Shown piece by piece: positions 14,193 through 28,776 of a stretch of 64,000 nucleotides of DNA. The notes under the pieces are model-generated. The model did no database searches and was not told where the DNA came from. It saw nothing but the letters and a program-made list of their open reading frames with translations. The stretch covers positions 327,918,001-327,982,000 of the forward strand of contig OZ024742.1 in the NCBI GenBank assembly GCA_964016885.1, given 5' to 3'. Position numbers and translations under genes: made by a program. The first letter of the stretch is position 1; the number at the start of each line of letters is the position of its first letter. Source of the DNA: Eledone cirrhosa. Taxonomy: Eukaryota.

Positions 14193-14576
14193 ACATATAT
14201 ATATATATGTTTATATTTATATATTTATATATACCAAACACTTTTCGCAACTGTACTCCTTGTTCATGTTTTTTACTTTTCTAATATATATATATATTGT
14301 CTAATGGTAGCTAAGATGCTTCCATGGTGGTATGCCGGGTGAGCACTCTATGCTCCTACGGAGCAGAGTATTATAGAATGGAATATTATAGCGGAATCAC
14401 CTAAAAAAGAGGATAAGATCCGAAATCAATAGACATGTCGAGGAACCTGCGAGACCAGAATCAGGTAGATCCACACATGGATCGCACCTCGAGCTGTTCG
14501 CCGGGGAATCAATTGTAACACACAATAAATTGAGTTCCGATGCATCACTGATTTTTCGTTTTCCATTCTATATACA

Positions 14577-14643
<67 letters not shown>

Positions 14644-15951
14644 CTCCACCCAGCTTTTGTAGGATTGTGATTTGGGTCGTGTGGCCTTTCTAAGAATACA
14701 ATAAGAAGTATTAAGAAACATGACTCATCTCAGTGGATACAAACACCCATCCAGTATTGTCCAGGTATTTAGCGGAATCACCTAAATGGGCGGAAGTGTG
14801 TTACAAATGCGTGGCTGGTTACTTTACGATTGAGCCGCATAAGTCTTTTCTAGACGGGAGAGTCAATAAATACAGAAAAGTAGGTGAGGTATTGTAATTA
14901 TAGAAATTTGTCATATTGAAGAGGAAGGTGACAGGGTTAGACAGAATAGAGAGACGTCTGACCAAAGCAAGCTGTTGTAAAACAGCCTGTATAAAATGGT
15001 ACCAGCCAAAGCCTGATTCCACTTGAAAGCGGTGTAAATGTGCTTCCATCCATGACCATATTAGTCAATGGAGCTGGAGTGACATTGGTGAATATTATCG
15101 GTATGAACGTTATGCATCTTTGAAAACTATCATAGCATGTACGTCATAGAAAGTACGTCATAGCCTGCATAATATGCCAAGTCGCAGAAATAAGTTCTTG
15201 ATTTTCCTTGACAGAAAACTTTTTTATTGTTGAACTGAGCTGAATGTGTTTTGATAGGCAATACGGAAGGGGAAGATGAAAGAAAGCTTCTCAAGTATGA
15301 AGAGCTTCATACTTAGTGAAATGTAGGATGTAGAGGGATGGTGGTGTACTGTGTTCCCATATAGGTAGAATGTTGTTTATTTGAAGTAAGATATACTATA
15401 TCCTACTCGGATGTAGAAACAACAGCAAAAGAAGTTTACATGGGCTGGAGAGGGAAGCAAAAAATGTAGGATATAGCCAAGACAAGAAAAAATGACCAAA
15501 ACCGAGAACATAAAACAATTCTTCTGCGTGTTATGAAACGATATAGCTGCTGCTTGTTTCGAATTGTTAGAGACATCAAGTTTCTTGTGGTGGCTGCACC
15601 AATATTTCCAGCCTAAAATCAAATAAACCACAATGTGGTTGCTACATATGCTAGAAATAGCAGGTAACTCTTCCACAAATTTCACATTACTGTCTGAAAC
15701 ATGTTAGACACACCAGCCAAATCTCCTTAAAAATTGTCATATGGTTGCTATTCAGGCGAGAAATAGCAAACAAATCTGATTCATACATTTGATTACTATG
15801 TGAAACCAAGTGAAGAATATGTAGTCAGCGCAAATGCTAAAAAAAAGTAGCCAAATCCCCCTGAAATTCCAGGTTAACGACTGAAAACAAGCGAAACTCT
15901 ATCATTATTCATGCTGGATATATCAACCAGGACACAGACGCACAGGCACAC

Positions 15952-16059
<108 letters not shown>

Positions 16060-16265
16060 ATTTGCATGTTGTATTAAATTACCTGTAACATGTATACGTA
16101 TAATAAGTTATACTATCGATACAAACACACGTGCATACAGGAACATACACACTTTCAATGAACCACTTATATATATCAGCTTAAATTAGTCTATGATGGA
16201 AAATTTGCCAAGCGATGAAAATATACTTGGAAGTGGAAGAGAAATGTATTTGCACATATGTATAC

Positions 16266-16317
<52 letters not shown>

Positions 16318-16386
16318 GTACATTCACACGCATACACATAAGTGCATGCAAACATACATGCATACACACTCACATTTACACAAACT

Positions 16387-16450
<64 letters not shown>

Positions 16451-16773
16451 TATGTGTGAGGTATATTTCTTTACAGTTATGTGTATGTATTTTATATGGC
16501 AGCAATATTGCTTGAGGTGATGTAGTACAGAACGGAGTGTTGAAGGGTGGTGAACAGAGACGAATTAAAACGAAGAATGTTTTAGGCTCTATCGTATAAA
16601 ACATGGCGGCCATGTGCATACACACACACACACACACATGGACATACACACACACATATGGACATACACACACTTCGATATTTGTAAATCTTGGATTAAA
16701 AACTTTCTGAATTTTTTTTTTTATCTAATTGGCTGCAAAGAGCGATAAATGAGTCATAACCCATTTAGATTTG

Positions 16774-17193
<420 letters not shown>

Positions 17194-17886
17194 CTTCTTT
17201 TTCTTCTTCTACTTCCTCTAAACTATCCCCTAGCCCACACTCGCACACAAACACACTTGGTCATATGTACATGCATACGCTTGTGAAAATCATTGCTCAA
17301 ACGTAGTTATTAAATTTATATACAAACACATTTGTATACATACATACATACGTACATACATACCTACATACATTGATACATACAGAGATGCATACATACA
17401 TACTTACATTTATACACACATACACATATACATTTGTGTATATGTGTGCGTTGTTGCTTATGTATTTCTGTTAAGTTGTTAGTATGTGTGTGACTCTGTG
17501 CACAGTGATGATGGTCACGTGATTTTCCAATGAAATATTTCGAGATTTCAAACTAAGTACTGACATTTTATATGTAATGCCATTATTAAATTTCTCTGTC
17601 GCTTTGTTGTTATTTTTTACTTTGACTTTAATTTTCGGTAAACAATTCCCTGATATTTAGATTAGGGTCCGACCCAAGGGAGGATAGGAGAGGTGTAAAT
17701 AGAGGTGTAGATAGGCAGAGTCTTGTGTAGATATGGCTGAGAGTGAAAGTATGTAGCGAGGTATAAGTAAAGTGTCTGTATGTGTGTATGTGTGAGCGAG
17801 CGAGAGAGAAAGGGAGAGAGGGATAGGGAAGGAAAGAGTGAGATAGAGAGAGGGAGAGGGAGAGAGAGAGAGAAAGAGAGAGAGTG

Positions 17887-17926
<40 letters not shown>

Positions 17927-18097
17927 TGTGTGAGAGAGAGAAAGAAATAGAGATAGAAAGAACGAAAAAGTAAAGATGGGACATTGATAAACGTTTTGAA
18001 ACTGAGAATGACAGCAACACATACGCACAACTATGTATGTATGTATGTATGTATGTATGTATGTATGTATGTATGAATGTATGTATGTATGTATGTG

Positions 18098-18136
<39 letters not shown>

Positions 18137-18200
18137 TGCATATTTATATATATATAAAATCTCAAGTACAGCATATATATATATGTGTGTATATGTGTGT

Positions 18201-18260
<60 letters not shown>

Positions 18261-18271
18261 GTGTGTGTGTG

Positions 18272-18306
<35 letters not shown>

Positions 18307-18798
18307 ACGTGAGAAAAATAGTGTGAAAAGCGATGTTTGAATATGACACCTTTTTCGATTTAGATATTTCTGTGAATATTTCAAGTCTGGCTTTATAAAT
18401 TATATTTCGTCGCCATTTTCTATATTGCATACGGTTGAATATTATATATATATATAGCATTCCTGTTTAGATCATGTTGATGCTTTCGTTACGGTGGCTG
18501 TTCATGTTATTGCAATAATAATAACTGTTGTTTATATCATTGTTCCTGTTGTTGTAGATGTGGTTTCTACTATTCGTGGTGTTCATGATTTTGATGTTAT
18601 TGCTATTAGTTGCTATCGTTACTGAGGTTGTTGCTGTTATTGCTGTTGTTGTTCTTATTATTGCTGTTGGTTGCATTTTGGTTAAAAGTGTTCTTTATAC
18701 ACTTTTAGATTTATAATGATTATAATTGAACATTATGAAGCAATCAATAATAAGCGAAAATGTGTTGTTTATTGACGCAGCATTGTTGAACCTGAAGA

Positions 18799-18915
18799 CG
18801 CGTGGCTGAGTGGTTAGAGAACTGGATTCGCAATTGTGAGGTTGTGAGTTCGATTCCCAGCCCGGGTGATGCGTTATGCCCTTGAGCAAGACACTTTATT
18901 TCACGTTGCTCCTTC
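18799..18915 (+). mobile_element. tRNA-derived SINE, family B (5' part)
   Basis: A-box TGGCTGAGTGG, B-box GAGTTCGATTCC, then CCTTGAGCAAGACACTTTATTTCACGTTGCTCC. Related minus-strand copies at about 20290-20550 and 22145-22443. Confidence 0.75.
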
Positions 18916-21900
18916 TACATGAAGTTGCGACCGAAAGATAGTATTAGCTATTGGAAAGACCAATGGAAACATTGCTTCCTCAGTCCGATTCGACGAAAGT
19001 CGATTGAATGTCGATTGATGAACGCTTAACAAATTTTCTTTGCACACATAAGTTCCCCGTTTCGATTCTACTGCGGGGCATCTTGGGCAGGTAACATTTA
19101 ATGTAGCCTCAGATCTACCAAAACCTTGTTAGTGAAATTGAGTAGAACAACACACTCCAGATTTTGTCAACTCCCTCCACGAAGTAAAAAGAATGTATTT
19201 ATAGCATTAAATTTTGCCTTTCATCCTTACGGGGTCGATAAAATAAAGTACCAGTAATACACTGGGTAATTGTGCCTAACGTAAAAACAATTAAATTAGG
19301 AGATTTCATAGATTTCATTTTTTTTAGTAGGATGAGGAGATTTTTTCTTTCATTGCCGGGTTTACCACAATGAAAATGGTACACCCGATAAAATAAGAAA
19401 TTAATGTGTTGAAAATTTTCTTTCCTTTTCTTCTACTCTAGTTATATGTAAATAATGTGCTTATATTGATTACGCTTATTTATTGCAACTGAATAAAATT
19501 TAATTTAAAAAATAAATATATATTTAATACAATTATGAAATCTAATCTGGTCTGGTCTGAGGGATAACCTAGTCGAAAACTGAATTCTTAACATATTTAA
19601 CACCTATCTTATCTTAATATATTGCCAATTAGTGAATGAAAAAGTCGAGGTGGCTCTATTTTGAACGTCTCTAAACTGTTAAAGGGCTTCGAAATGCTGT
19701 ATCGTCAATCGATGAAATGGTAAAACAACGATTTAGAGCTAGAGAAATTGGAAGTCTTGGTGAGAGAGTTGAGTGATAGAATCAGTAGAGTATATTTAAT
19801 CACAGATTTCGTCATACAATGTCAAACTGGAATATAAAGTCTATCATGGACAACACAAAGGGATTGGCAATAAATGTTGATAGATAAGTGTTTCAGAGTG
19901 ATGTAAGAGCAGGATGTGAGGAATATGGGCAAGACTGGAAATAACCGTAACTTTGTTGTCCGATGCTCTACCAATACTGCCAATCCACCGCCCTGAAATA
20001 TTCACAATAATACAAGTCATTGAGCTAATGAATTTTCCTCATCATATAAGTATTCATAATTAGTTGTTTGAAAAGGTGTATGTTAAAGACGCAGATAAAG
20101 ATTAAAAGACATTTGTGGGAATTTTATATGTTTGCTTTAGGATTGAGGTAATTTGATGTGCAATCGCTGGTTTGAAGGAATGGAAAGCGTCGTAGTATAA
20201 AATGTAGAAGTGATAGAGAGAAGAAACGAAAATCCTTATTATGAAACAGGTTTCCAATATTACTGCAATAATTACTGCAGGGCGTTTTGTGGGCAAGGTG
20301 TTTTGTGAAAGACCAAGAGTTGCCCATGCATGTCAGCCTCCTCTCTCCATGCCAACGATATTGTCAATGGGAAAGCTAAAAGCTGATACAGTTTGGCATC
20401 AGTAATGTCGCAACTATTTTTTTTCAGTCGAGTAAACTTGTAATAAAGTGTCCTGCTTAAGAACACAACTCTCCGCCAAGTTCGGGGATCGAGCTCACTA
20501 CCTTACGACCATGAGCCTAACACCCTAACCATTAAACCATTTATTTTCACACAACGTCCTTCGTTAAAATACCCCTTTTTTCTCTTCAAATCCAGCTAAA
20601 TATATGTGGTACAACTGATGACGGTAAACAATTATACAGACTGAAATTAACGTAGATTAAAACACGTTTATATTAATAATGCTAAAATTGCTCGCAAATA
20701 CTTTCAAATAGTATTTGCCCACAGGTGGTCACATAATGATGCCCCTGAGACTATAAAACCTGGATTAATCAGGAGACTCTTGATTGAAATGATATTATTG
20801 ACTATGAAAATCAATAAAAGCAACAACAACAAACATAAATAAGTTATGCTAATACAACAAAGATTGTTAGCTTTCGAGAAGATTTAATAATTGTTCTGCT
20901 ACACTGAGCATCTATTTACATAACATTGGGGAGATACATGGTGTCTCTATTATCTTCAGCTTTTGATCCGTGACGAAAACAACAAATACAATAACAACAT
21001 CAACAACAAGTATAACAAGAAGGGGATCAACGACAAGAAAAACAACAGCATCAACAACAGCATCAACTACGGCATCAACTACAGCAGCAATAACATTATC
21101 AACAGCATTAAAAACAACATCAACGGCAGATCAACAACAAGAACAACAACACAACTTCAACGACATCGAAAACTGCATCAAGAACATCGTGAAACATTAA
21201 AACAGCGAGAACAACAACGAGAACAATAACAACAACAGCAGCATGAACAAGAAGAAGAAAAGTAGCAACAACAACATGATCCCATTATGCTGTATCTGCT
21301 CAGAGAGCTGGAATAATATAATGATTAGAGATAAAATATCAGTGTTAATGTTCCCCGTGTCGAACACATGCCTATTAACTGGTTGGCCGCTGATGAGACT
21401 TGCGAGAATTATCCCAGTGGCTTCTCCTGCACACCAAACAGCATCACCAATAGAGCAGAACAGCATGCAAGAGAATAGTGAAGAAAAAGGAGGGGAATCT
21501 ATCAAGTAGGGTGTGGGAGTTATTCAGCTAATGAGCTGCAGAGTTAATTTTATCAATATAATGATCTTTCCCTTTGTTCTTTTACTTGTTTATAGTTGGA
21601 CGGTGGCCATACTGGGGCATTTTCCCTAAAGCTTTTAAACGATATTATTGTCTACTACTTAAAATATCGCTCTTAAACAACAGTATGCAAAGTGAGGATT
21701 GGCGGCGTGGGAGGAAACTCGAAAAGATTAAATATTGCACTGTTACTCTGTTCGTATGTACCACATTATATTCCCCGCCTACGCTGATATAAACACAAAT
21801 ATGCACACGTAAACAAATGACACACACAGACACACACCAACAAATATATATGTGCGGGTGTGTTTGGCTTTGTAAAGATAAACATACAAAACTCAATGCA

Positions 21901-22144
21901 TATGGAGACAGATGTATGTTTGTATGGCCGCCAGTTTCGACGATGAATGTTCCAGTTCAACGGAATAGTCAACTCATAAAATTGACGTGTAGTGGTTGAG
22001 CATGGAGATCGAGCTGGAGATTCAGCATGAGGCACTGAATCAGAGGCATAGTGTATGTGACGTACTTGTAAGAGTTTCTGTCAACCCAATTGCAATCACA
22101 TTGCATGGGTCTACCATTTAAAACACTGATTCTTCGTCGGTTAC

Positions 22145-22443
22145 GACGGCGAGTGTTTCAGTTGATAGATGAATGGAACAGTCTGTTCGGGAAAATTAAC
22201 GCGCAAGTGGTTGAATGTTCCACAGACACGTGTACCATTAACGTAGTTTTTAAGGGAGATTAAGCGTGACACATGATGTGACGAGATTGTCTCTTCGAAT
22301 TACACCTCAGTTTGCCATCTGTGTGTACTGGAGCAACGTGAATTAAAGTGTCTTGCTCAAGGACACGATGTGCCACCGTGAATCGAACTCACCACATTAC
22401 GATCTTTAGCCGAATACCCTAACTACTAAACCACGAACCTTCA
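22145..22443 (-). mobile_element. tRNA-derived SINE, family B
   Basis: The reverse complement contains GAGTTCGATT and TCCTTGAGCAAGACACTTTAATTCACGTTGCTCC. Confidence 0.7.
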
Positions 22444-22562
22444 CTTATGGGTAAACTTTAAGCTATGTTAGATGACATTTGACAATATGCCAAGCGGTAG
22501 GATCGAGCCCCCAACATAATAATTGTAAAGAAAGCCTCTTAACCCTTTGGCCATGTTGTGTC

Positions 22563-22635
<73 letters not shown>

Positions 22636-23441
22636 TCTCTCTCTCTCTCTCTCCATATATATAGTATTTATTAAAATTCATACACGTAACATGTATTGCG
22701 CTACCTAAGGTTCCAAGGTCTAGTTATGCCCATCGTTGGAGACTCCTTGTCGGAACTGACAGAAGTTCAACACATTGTTTCTGCATAGGTCCATTCGCTG
22801 GATGTTAGTGGAAGCCATTTTCTTCGAAAGAGTCACTAAATGGGATCGAACAGAGAATCGTGTAGATGCAAACCATACATGTTAAACATACGGTCATTCA
22901 CTACTCATAAATACATATATATATATATTTTTTTAATGACACATTCTTCTTAATTGATTTTCTAAAGATTTTGCTTTAGTTTATATATATTTATAACTTT
23001 GCTCACATTATGTTTATAAAATCGACGCCTATGTATTTAATGACACGTTTGTTTATCGCTTTTTTTGTGTCTCTAGATTCTACGATAAGCGAGCCTGTAG
23101 CTTATTAAATATTAAACATTATCATTATCAATATATTTCTACCCTCATTTAGATAGTTTCGTGTCTATTTTTTTTCTTTCGTCTTTTTATTTTTTTCTAT
23201 GTTAATATGCGTGTTTACAGAAGTGTGACTTATAATTATGTATAATGTGGCTGTATGTGTTAATGTGAATGTGTGCGTGTATTCTGCTTTTCGCGACATA
23301 ATTTTTTCAATCACGATACCGCCCTTGTTCTCTCTCTAGATCCCTCCCTATTTGTTTTTCTCTGATTCTCACTCCGAGTCTATTCAATTTTTGTCGTCGT
23401 ATTTTACCCTTCTCTTGGGATGTTGAAGCAAATTTACTGTA

Positions 23442-23480
<39 letters not shown>

Positions 23481-23482
<2 letters not shown>

Positions 23483-23706
23483 AAATAACAGATTACTGTT
23501 TAAGCAAAGGATCGCTGCTTTCACCCTTACGGGACTGAAACCCGTGGGTTTCAGTCCTGTTAAGGGTGAAAGCAGCGATTCTTTGCTTAAACTTCAATCT
23601 GTTATTTTAATAAATATTTGCTCTATGGTTTTATATATTTATATATTATATATATATTATCCTTATCGAGCTCTCTTCGGATTTTAGTCTTCACATTTAT
23701 TATTAT

Positions 23707-23712
<6 letters not shown>
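23481..23712 (+). mobile_element. Fold-back cassette family F1 (truncated HHR-like 3' end)
   Basis: Hairpin at 23481-23609 followed by a shared tail. Homologues at 12905-12976, 43821-44020 and 48881-49087, all next to (TA)n. Confidence 0.8.
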
Positions 23713-23759
<47 letters not shown>

Positions 23760-23786
23760 TATATACAGTATATATTTATATATATT

Positions 23787-25432
23787 ATAAAATAACAGAA
23801 GGCTGGGCTGGTGTAATTCCTTAAAAGGTTTATTATAATACTAGCAGTGGTACCCGGCGTTGCACGAGATAAGGTATTGTGAAATATATAACCACCTTAG
23901 CTAAGCTTAGTATTGCCACAACCACGGCTGGCAAAGAAGTAAGGGTCTAGTGGTATGTAATTAAACAACACGGTGGCTTAAAACGTGAGGACGAAGTTGT
24001 GTGCACTTACCAACTGTTTGGGGAATGGGTGTGAGATTTGTCTTGAGCAAGGGTGGCAGAATAACCGGAGGCAGCAGACAGCCAGACATACAGACAGATA
24101 TTATAAGGGCGCGTTCTGGACGGAGAGCGAATTGTAGGAAGTGACGTAATACAGACAGTCAGACATACAGACAGATATTATAAGGGCGCGTTCTGGACGT
24201 AGAGCGAATTGTAGGAAGTGACGTAATGCAGACAGCCAGACATACAGACAGATATTATAAGGGCACGACGTTATATGTATGTATCTATCTAAAAAGAGAA
24301 AGACTAAGAATTATAGAGAGAGATCGCTAAATCGCCTAATGCGGTCCCTAGGGCATTGAAAATTATTTTGCTCAGAACACTCCCTGAAACATAAGTATTA
24401 CATGTGCAAAGTTTGAAGACAGTCGGTTAGGTGCTTCTCTAGTTTTAGGGATCCAAACTCACACACACACAGACAGACATCCTCAGTTTTATATATAGAG
24501 ATGATCATTTCAATGACCGGGTTCAGTATGAATCCGGTGACATCATCAGGTATTCGAAATATAACAAAGGAATATAATAGACAAAATCCATGGGGCTGAA
24601 TATCAGAGACAAGAAGGCGACCAAAAATTTAGCAGCTTCTACCCCGGTCGGCCGCCCTCAAGTGGTGATTATTAAGCCTACTTATGTCCATCTGGTGAAG
24701 GGGCGTAGGCTTATAGTGTACTACTACCACCCCTCAAAGACAGAGGCCAGCGTTGAGATCAGGTTACAATCAAGCTGGTCATGCGTGCTAGAAAGTGCCG
24801 CGAAAAATATTTTATCAAAAAACATATATCTTTAACAAAGCTACATATAGTAATATATAGTGAGCGTCTGCATGGTATAATGTATGGACAGAAATTACGA
24901 TTAACAATTAGAAACGTTAAATTTATGTTTAGAGTTAGAAGATGCCATTTAAGATGAAATTAGAAAAATAAGGTTTAGGTTTAAAGTTGTGAGATTTAGT
25001 TAAAGAATTTACAGAAGGAGGCTTTTATGAAAAAGTTTAAGTGTATTATAGATAGTCACGATAAAGTTTCAGGGTAGAATATAGAGTAAAGATTAAGCCC
25101 ATGCTTAGCGGTCAATAACCAGCGACGTACGGACCCCGGTCAGCCCGGGGCCCAACGGCGTGTCAGCCGCTCCGAGTATTATCGTCTCGCAAAAGAAATG
25201 GAAGTTTATTTTTCCGAGCACTCCAAGAATGTTAACTGTCTTAAGCGTCGGGTGTGCAAGCGGGAAGTCCGCCACCGTCGGCTGGCCATCGTATATTCCA
25301 AACGATTACTAGTTATTCACACTGGTGGGGGTATTTAGTTAAATCTGAATACTGAACCCGGTTATTGAAATGATCATAGTATAATAAATCTTTTAAGGAA
25401 TTACATCAGTCCAGCCTCCTGTTATTTTATAA
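23787..25432. mobile_element. Inverted-arm HHR-bearing element interrupted by a Helitron
   Basis: 23787-23840 joined to 24502-24528 is the reverse complement of about 25349-25432. Confidence 0.75.
23841..24501 (-). mobile_element. Non-autonomous Helitron with internal 77-bp tandem repeats
   Basis: 5' TC, (CTGT)/(GT) tract, 3' remnant hairpin GCAACGCCGGG and terminal CTAG. Inserted at A|T with no TSD. A 77-bp unit starts at 24075, 24152 and 24229. Confidence 0.85.
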
Positions 25433-25573
25433 TAATTAACTCCGTACTCGCACCACCAACTACACAAACGAAGGCGGGTGAGTTGCATTACGTTGAGTGC
25501 TCTCCATAATATTACATCGAGGTTGACCATACGGAATGACCAATTCTATCCAGTGGTGAACCAACAAACCTAA

Positions 25574-25611
<38 letters not shown>

Positions 25612-25617
25612 TATATA

Positions 25618-25649
<32 letters not shown>

Positions 25650-25654
25650 GGCAA

Positions 25655-25842
25655 AGAGTCAGGACCCCGATGGCTGAGCTCCGCCCGTTTCGACAGCTAG
25701 ATCTGAACTAAACTAGTAGTGTTTTATATTCCCCATCGGGGTGGGTCCTGACACTTTCCTATTACCCACTCTACTACCCTAAGTATCGAGTACTCTGGTG
25801 CGTTATGGTCCACCTGGTTCCTTACCACACTTTGTTTGTTAT
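25655..25842 (+). mobile_element. Fold-back cassette family F2, diverged copy
   Basis: Tail CCTATTACCCACTCTACTACCCTAAGTAT...GGTTCCTTAC is the reverse complement of 48640-48722 and 56230-56311. Confidence 0.75.
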
Positions 25843-26097
25843 ATATATATATGTGTGTGTGTTTATGTGTGTGTCTGTGTGTAGACGTGAACTCTCCACC
25901 TCTTCCCCCACACCACGCGCCGGACTAGACTACTTGCCGGCCCATCTCGTCCATCCTGATCGATAAGCCTTTATTTTTTACAACCTCTTCATTCTCCAAA
26001 CTGCATGTCCGATACGTTGAAACATTTATTTTCCTTTTCCAACAAGCGTAAAACAAATAAGACTTCGTCTTATTGCATCTCTGTGTTCGCCTTGTTT

Positions 26098-26142
<45 letters not shown>

Positions 26143-26749
26143 CATACGAGTAATGCTGGTCGCAGTCAGCAGACTGCTGTCATGAATATGTTAAGGGCTC
26201 TCTGACCACAGACTGCCCTCCTTTTAACCGTATAGCTTAAAGCATTAGTACTCGATTGTCACAAGAAACAATAGCATTATAAAAATGTGAAATGTGTTTG
26301 TTTCAAAGTAAACTGATTGTAATATTACTCGATTACTATAAATATTATTTGGCGGAGCGAGGGAGAGAGAAATGGTGGGGGGAGCAAGAGAAGTAAATAT
26401 TCAATTTGAACTAGGCCAGACATTTTTTGTCTAATAACGATGCTTACGATGACATAGTAACATCAGCCTCTATCATTGTCTCTTCTACACTAAATATATT
26501 TGACTCTCCTCCCGACAAATTTACAAAGAAATTGAGCATGATCGAAAATTTCAAATTTATATGCCTGTGTTTGGTGCAGTTGCCTCAGGAGTATTCTATT
26601 GAAATATTCGATAATCGAACAGAGGCATTTTTAAAACAAAAGATCAACTATATTTCAAATTTTCAAACATGCTCAATATCTTTGTAAACGTATTCATTTA
26701 TATACATTTCTAGGCAGCGGCTAAGAGATTGAGCTGGGCGTTTTACAAC

Positions 26750-26890
26750 AATTGTTTCTTCTTTTGGCACAAGGCCAGCAATTACCCAGTGCATTACTTG
26801 TACTTTATTTTATCAACCCTGTAAGGATGAAAGACAAAGTTAAACTCGGAGGGATTTGAACTCAGAATGGAAAGTGCCGTAACTCTATGC
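26750..26890 (-). mobile_element. SINE family A
   Basis: Same motifs as 1535-1725. Confidence 0.75.
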
Positions 26891-27490
26891 GTCACAATAA
26901 TGGCTATCACAACCGACCCTCGTACGGCAGATGCCTGGTTCGATTCCCACAGGCGTCACTGTTCAAAGTTTTCCTCTTTCAAGTGTAATTTACCCGGCGT
27001 ATTAGATTATTGTATAGCTACTATATCAATTGTGACAGCTTTTTACAACAGAAGCAAATAAATTCCAATTATATATGTTCGTTTCATTTGCATGTGAGAG
27101 AAGTCTTGTGGGAAATGGGCTTTTTTCGCATCCCAATTTTTTTTTTCGTAATTATTTTTTAATATTTAATCTGATTTCACCTTTAATATATAATTTTATA
27201 TATTCCCAAATTGGTTCTTTCGACATATCTTGTTGCTTTGGGTGCGAGTTATCCTAAAGAATTTACTAGATATATCACTTATACTGTATTCAATATTAAT
27301 TAGTAAAACTAAAAATTAATGAAGATAAAATTGTTTGGTGAAAATATATGAAAGTTGATAATAAATTTCGTAATTCGTTTTAAAGCAGATCGATATTTAT
27401 ATGTATATCGGTATATGGTTGACGGCTGAGAGAAAGTGTACTCAATACCGAAGTAGTTTTAATATTCATTTATAAAGGCTAAATAACAAG

Positions 27491-27540
27491 TCTTGCTACT
27501 CTGGTATTTCTCCTGCTTATTACGGGGTCATCAGACAAGA
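27491..27540 (-). ncRNA. Degenerate type-I HHR motif in a mini inverted repeat (27470-27608)
   Basis: TCTTGT-CTGATGA-CCCCG..CAGGA-GAAA-TACCAGAG-TA-GCAAGA. The inverted partial copy reads CCAGAGTAACAAGA. Confidence 0.5.
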
Positions 27541-27613
27541 ACTGCCGACCCTATATTAATCAAGCGAACTTCCAGAGTAACAAGACTCACGTTTTAGCCT
27601 TAATAAATGTGTG

Positions 27614-27681
<68 letters not shown>

Positions 27682-27753
27682 TAGCGAAGCAAGCGGTTAT
27701 TAAACAATTTTCTAAATAAATTAAAAAGTTATTAAATAATCACCTGTTCAGAC

Positions 27754-27834
27754 GCTGTTACCGACGGTTTCATCATTCCGAAAGATTGAAAATCCAACGA
27801 ATTTCCAATGGAAAGAAATGAATCTTCAGACAGC
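27754..27834 (-). ncRNA. Type-I HHR motif with extended helix II
   Basis: GCTGT-CTGAAGA-T-TCATTTC..GGAATGA-T-GAAA-CCGTCGG-TA-ACAGC. Confidence 0.75.
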
Positions 27835-27943
27835 CCTATTTCCACGCCATAAGGTATCAAGCCTTATAGCAAGTAAATATTATGCTCCCTGCCCAACTCA
27901 TGCGGTCAAGCCGTTAAAATGACACACACGCATAATCAGGTCG

Positions 27944-28006
<63 letters not shown>

Positions 28007-28096
28007 GGTTTATGTTGGTTGTATACCAACACCTCAGTATGCAGGCTGGAGCACTCGACGAAGTGCGCAGGTTGGTTTGGTTACTCCGGAGTAGTG

Positions 28097-28540
28097 TAAA
28101 ATAAAGTTAAATAAAAGTCAAATGATTAAAATTTAGCTTCGTTTATTACTGCTATATATATTTCAGTGACAGCCATCTTTGGCTGTGACCTCTTCAGGCA
28201 GTTTGAATTAGTATGGTATAGACAAGTACATATGTTGTTTAGGTGTATGATATTGTCAATACTCTGATATGCCCAGTTCCTTGCTGGGTTGTTAATTCAC
28301 TGGGGAACTGGAGTCATATGACTCCAGTGACTCCAGTTCCCCAGTGAATTAACAACCCAGCAAGGAACTGGGCATATCAGAGTATTGACAATATCATACA
28401 CCTAAACAACATATGTACTTGTCTATACCATACTAATTCAAACTGCCTGAAGAGGTCACAGCCAAAGATGGCTGTCACTGAAATATATATAGCAGTAATA
28501 AACGAAGCTAAATTTTAATCATTTGACTTTTATTTAACTT

Positions 28541-28547
<7 letters not shown>
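28097..28547. repeat. Near-perfect ~450-bp palindrome carrying two HHRs
   Basis: The arms appear to be exact reverse complements by eye. The centre is ACTGGAGTCATATGACTCCAGT plus a 9-nt duplication (GACTCCAGT). Confidence 0.95.
28442..28496 (+). ncRNA. Type-I HHR motif, intact (mirror copy 28148-28202 on -)
   Basis: ACTGC-CTGAAGA-GGTcACAGCCA aaga TGGCTGTcACT-GAAA-TATATA-TA-GCAGT. Confidence 0.85.
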
Positions 28548-28588
<41 letters not shown>

Positions 28589-28776
28589 ATGCATGTATGT
28601 ATGGGTGTGTGTGTGGGTGTAGATTCCGAGTAATATCGGGGGTAAACGCAGTTAAAAATGGCTCTGAATACATTAGTATAGAGTACACATCTTTAATATA
28701 GAAATGAAATCTACTGGACTAGAACTGCTTCATTTGTATGAAATCATCAGGAATGTCCTGATGTATTCACGATAAT

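Noticed and set aside
14800-15420. Possible very degenerate CR1/L2-type LINE 3' fragment on the minus strand
   Set aside because: Only a vague resemblance, with no diagnostic RT motif readable.
18799-18870. Functional tRNA gene
   Set aside because: The A/B boxes run into a SINE body shared with other copies, and there is no complete cloverleaf.
20625-20660. CTGATGA...GAAA candidate HHR
   Set aside because: Helices I-III are too weak to support from one copy.
21197-22050. Possible host exons (ORFs 21197-21505 and 21766-22035)
   Set aside because: No recognisable protein motif, and convincing paired splice sites could not be established. Small exons cannot be excluded without RNA data.
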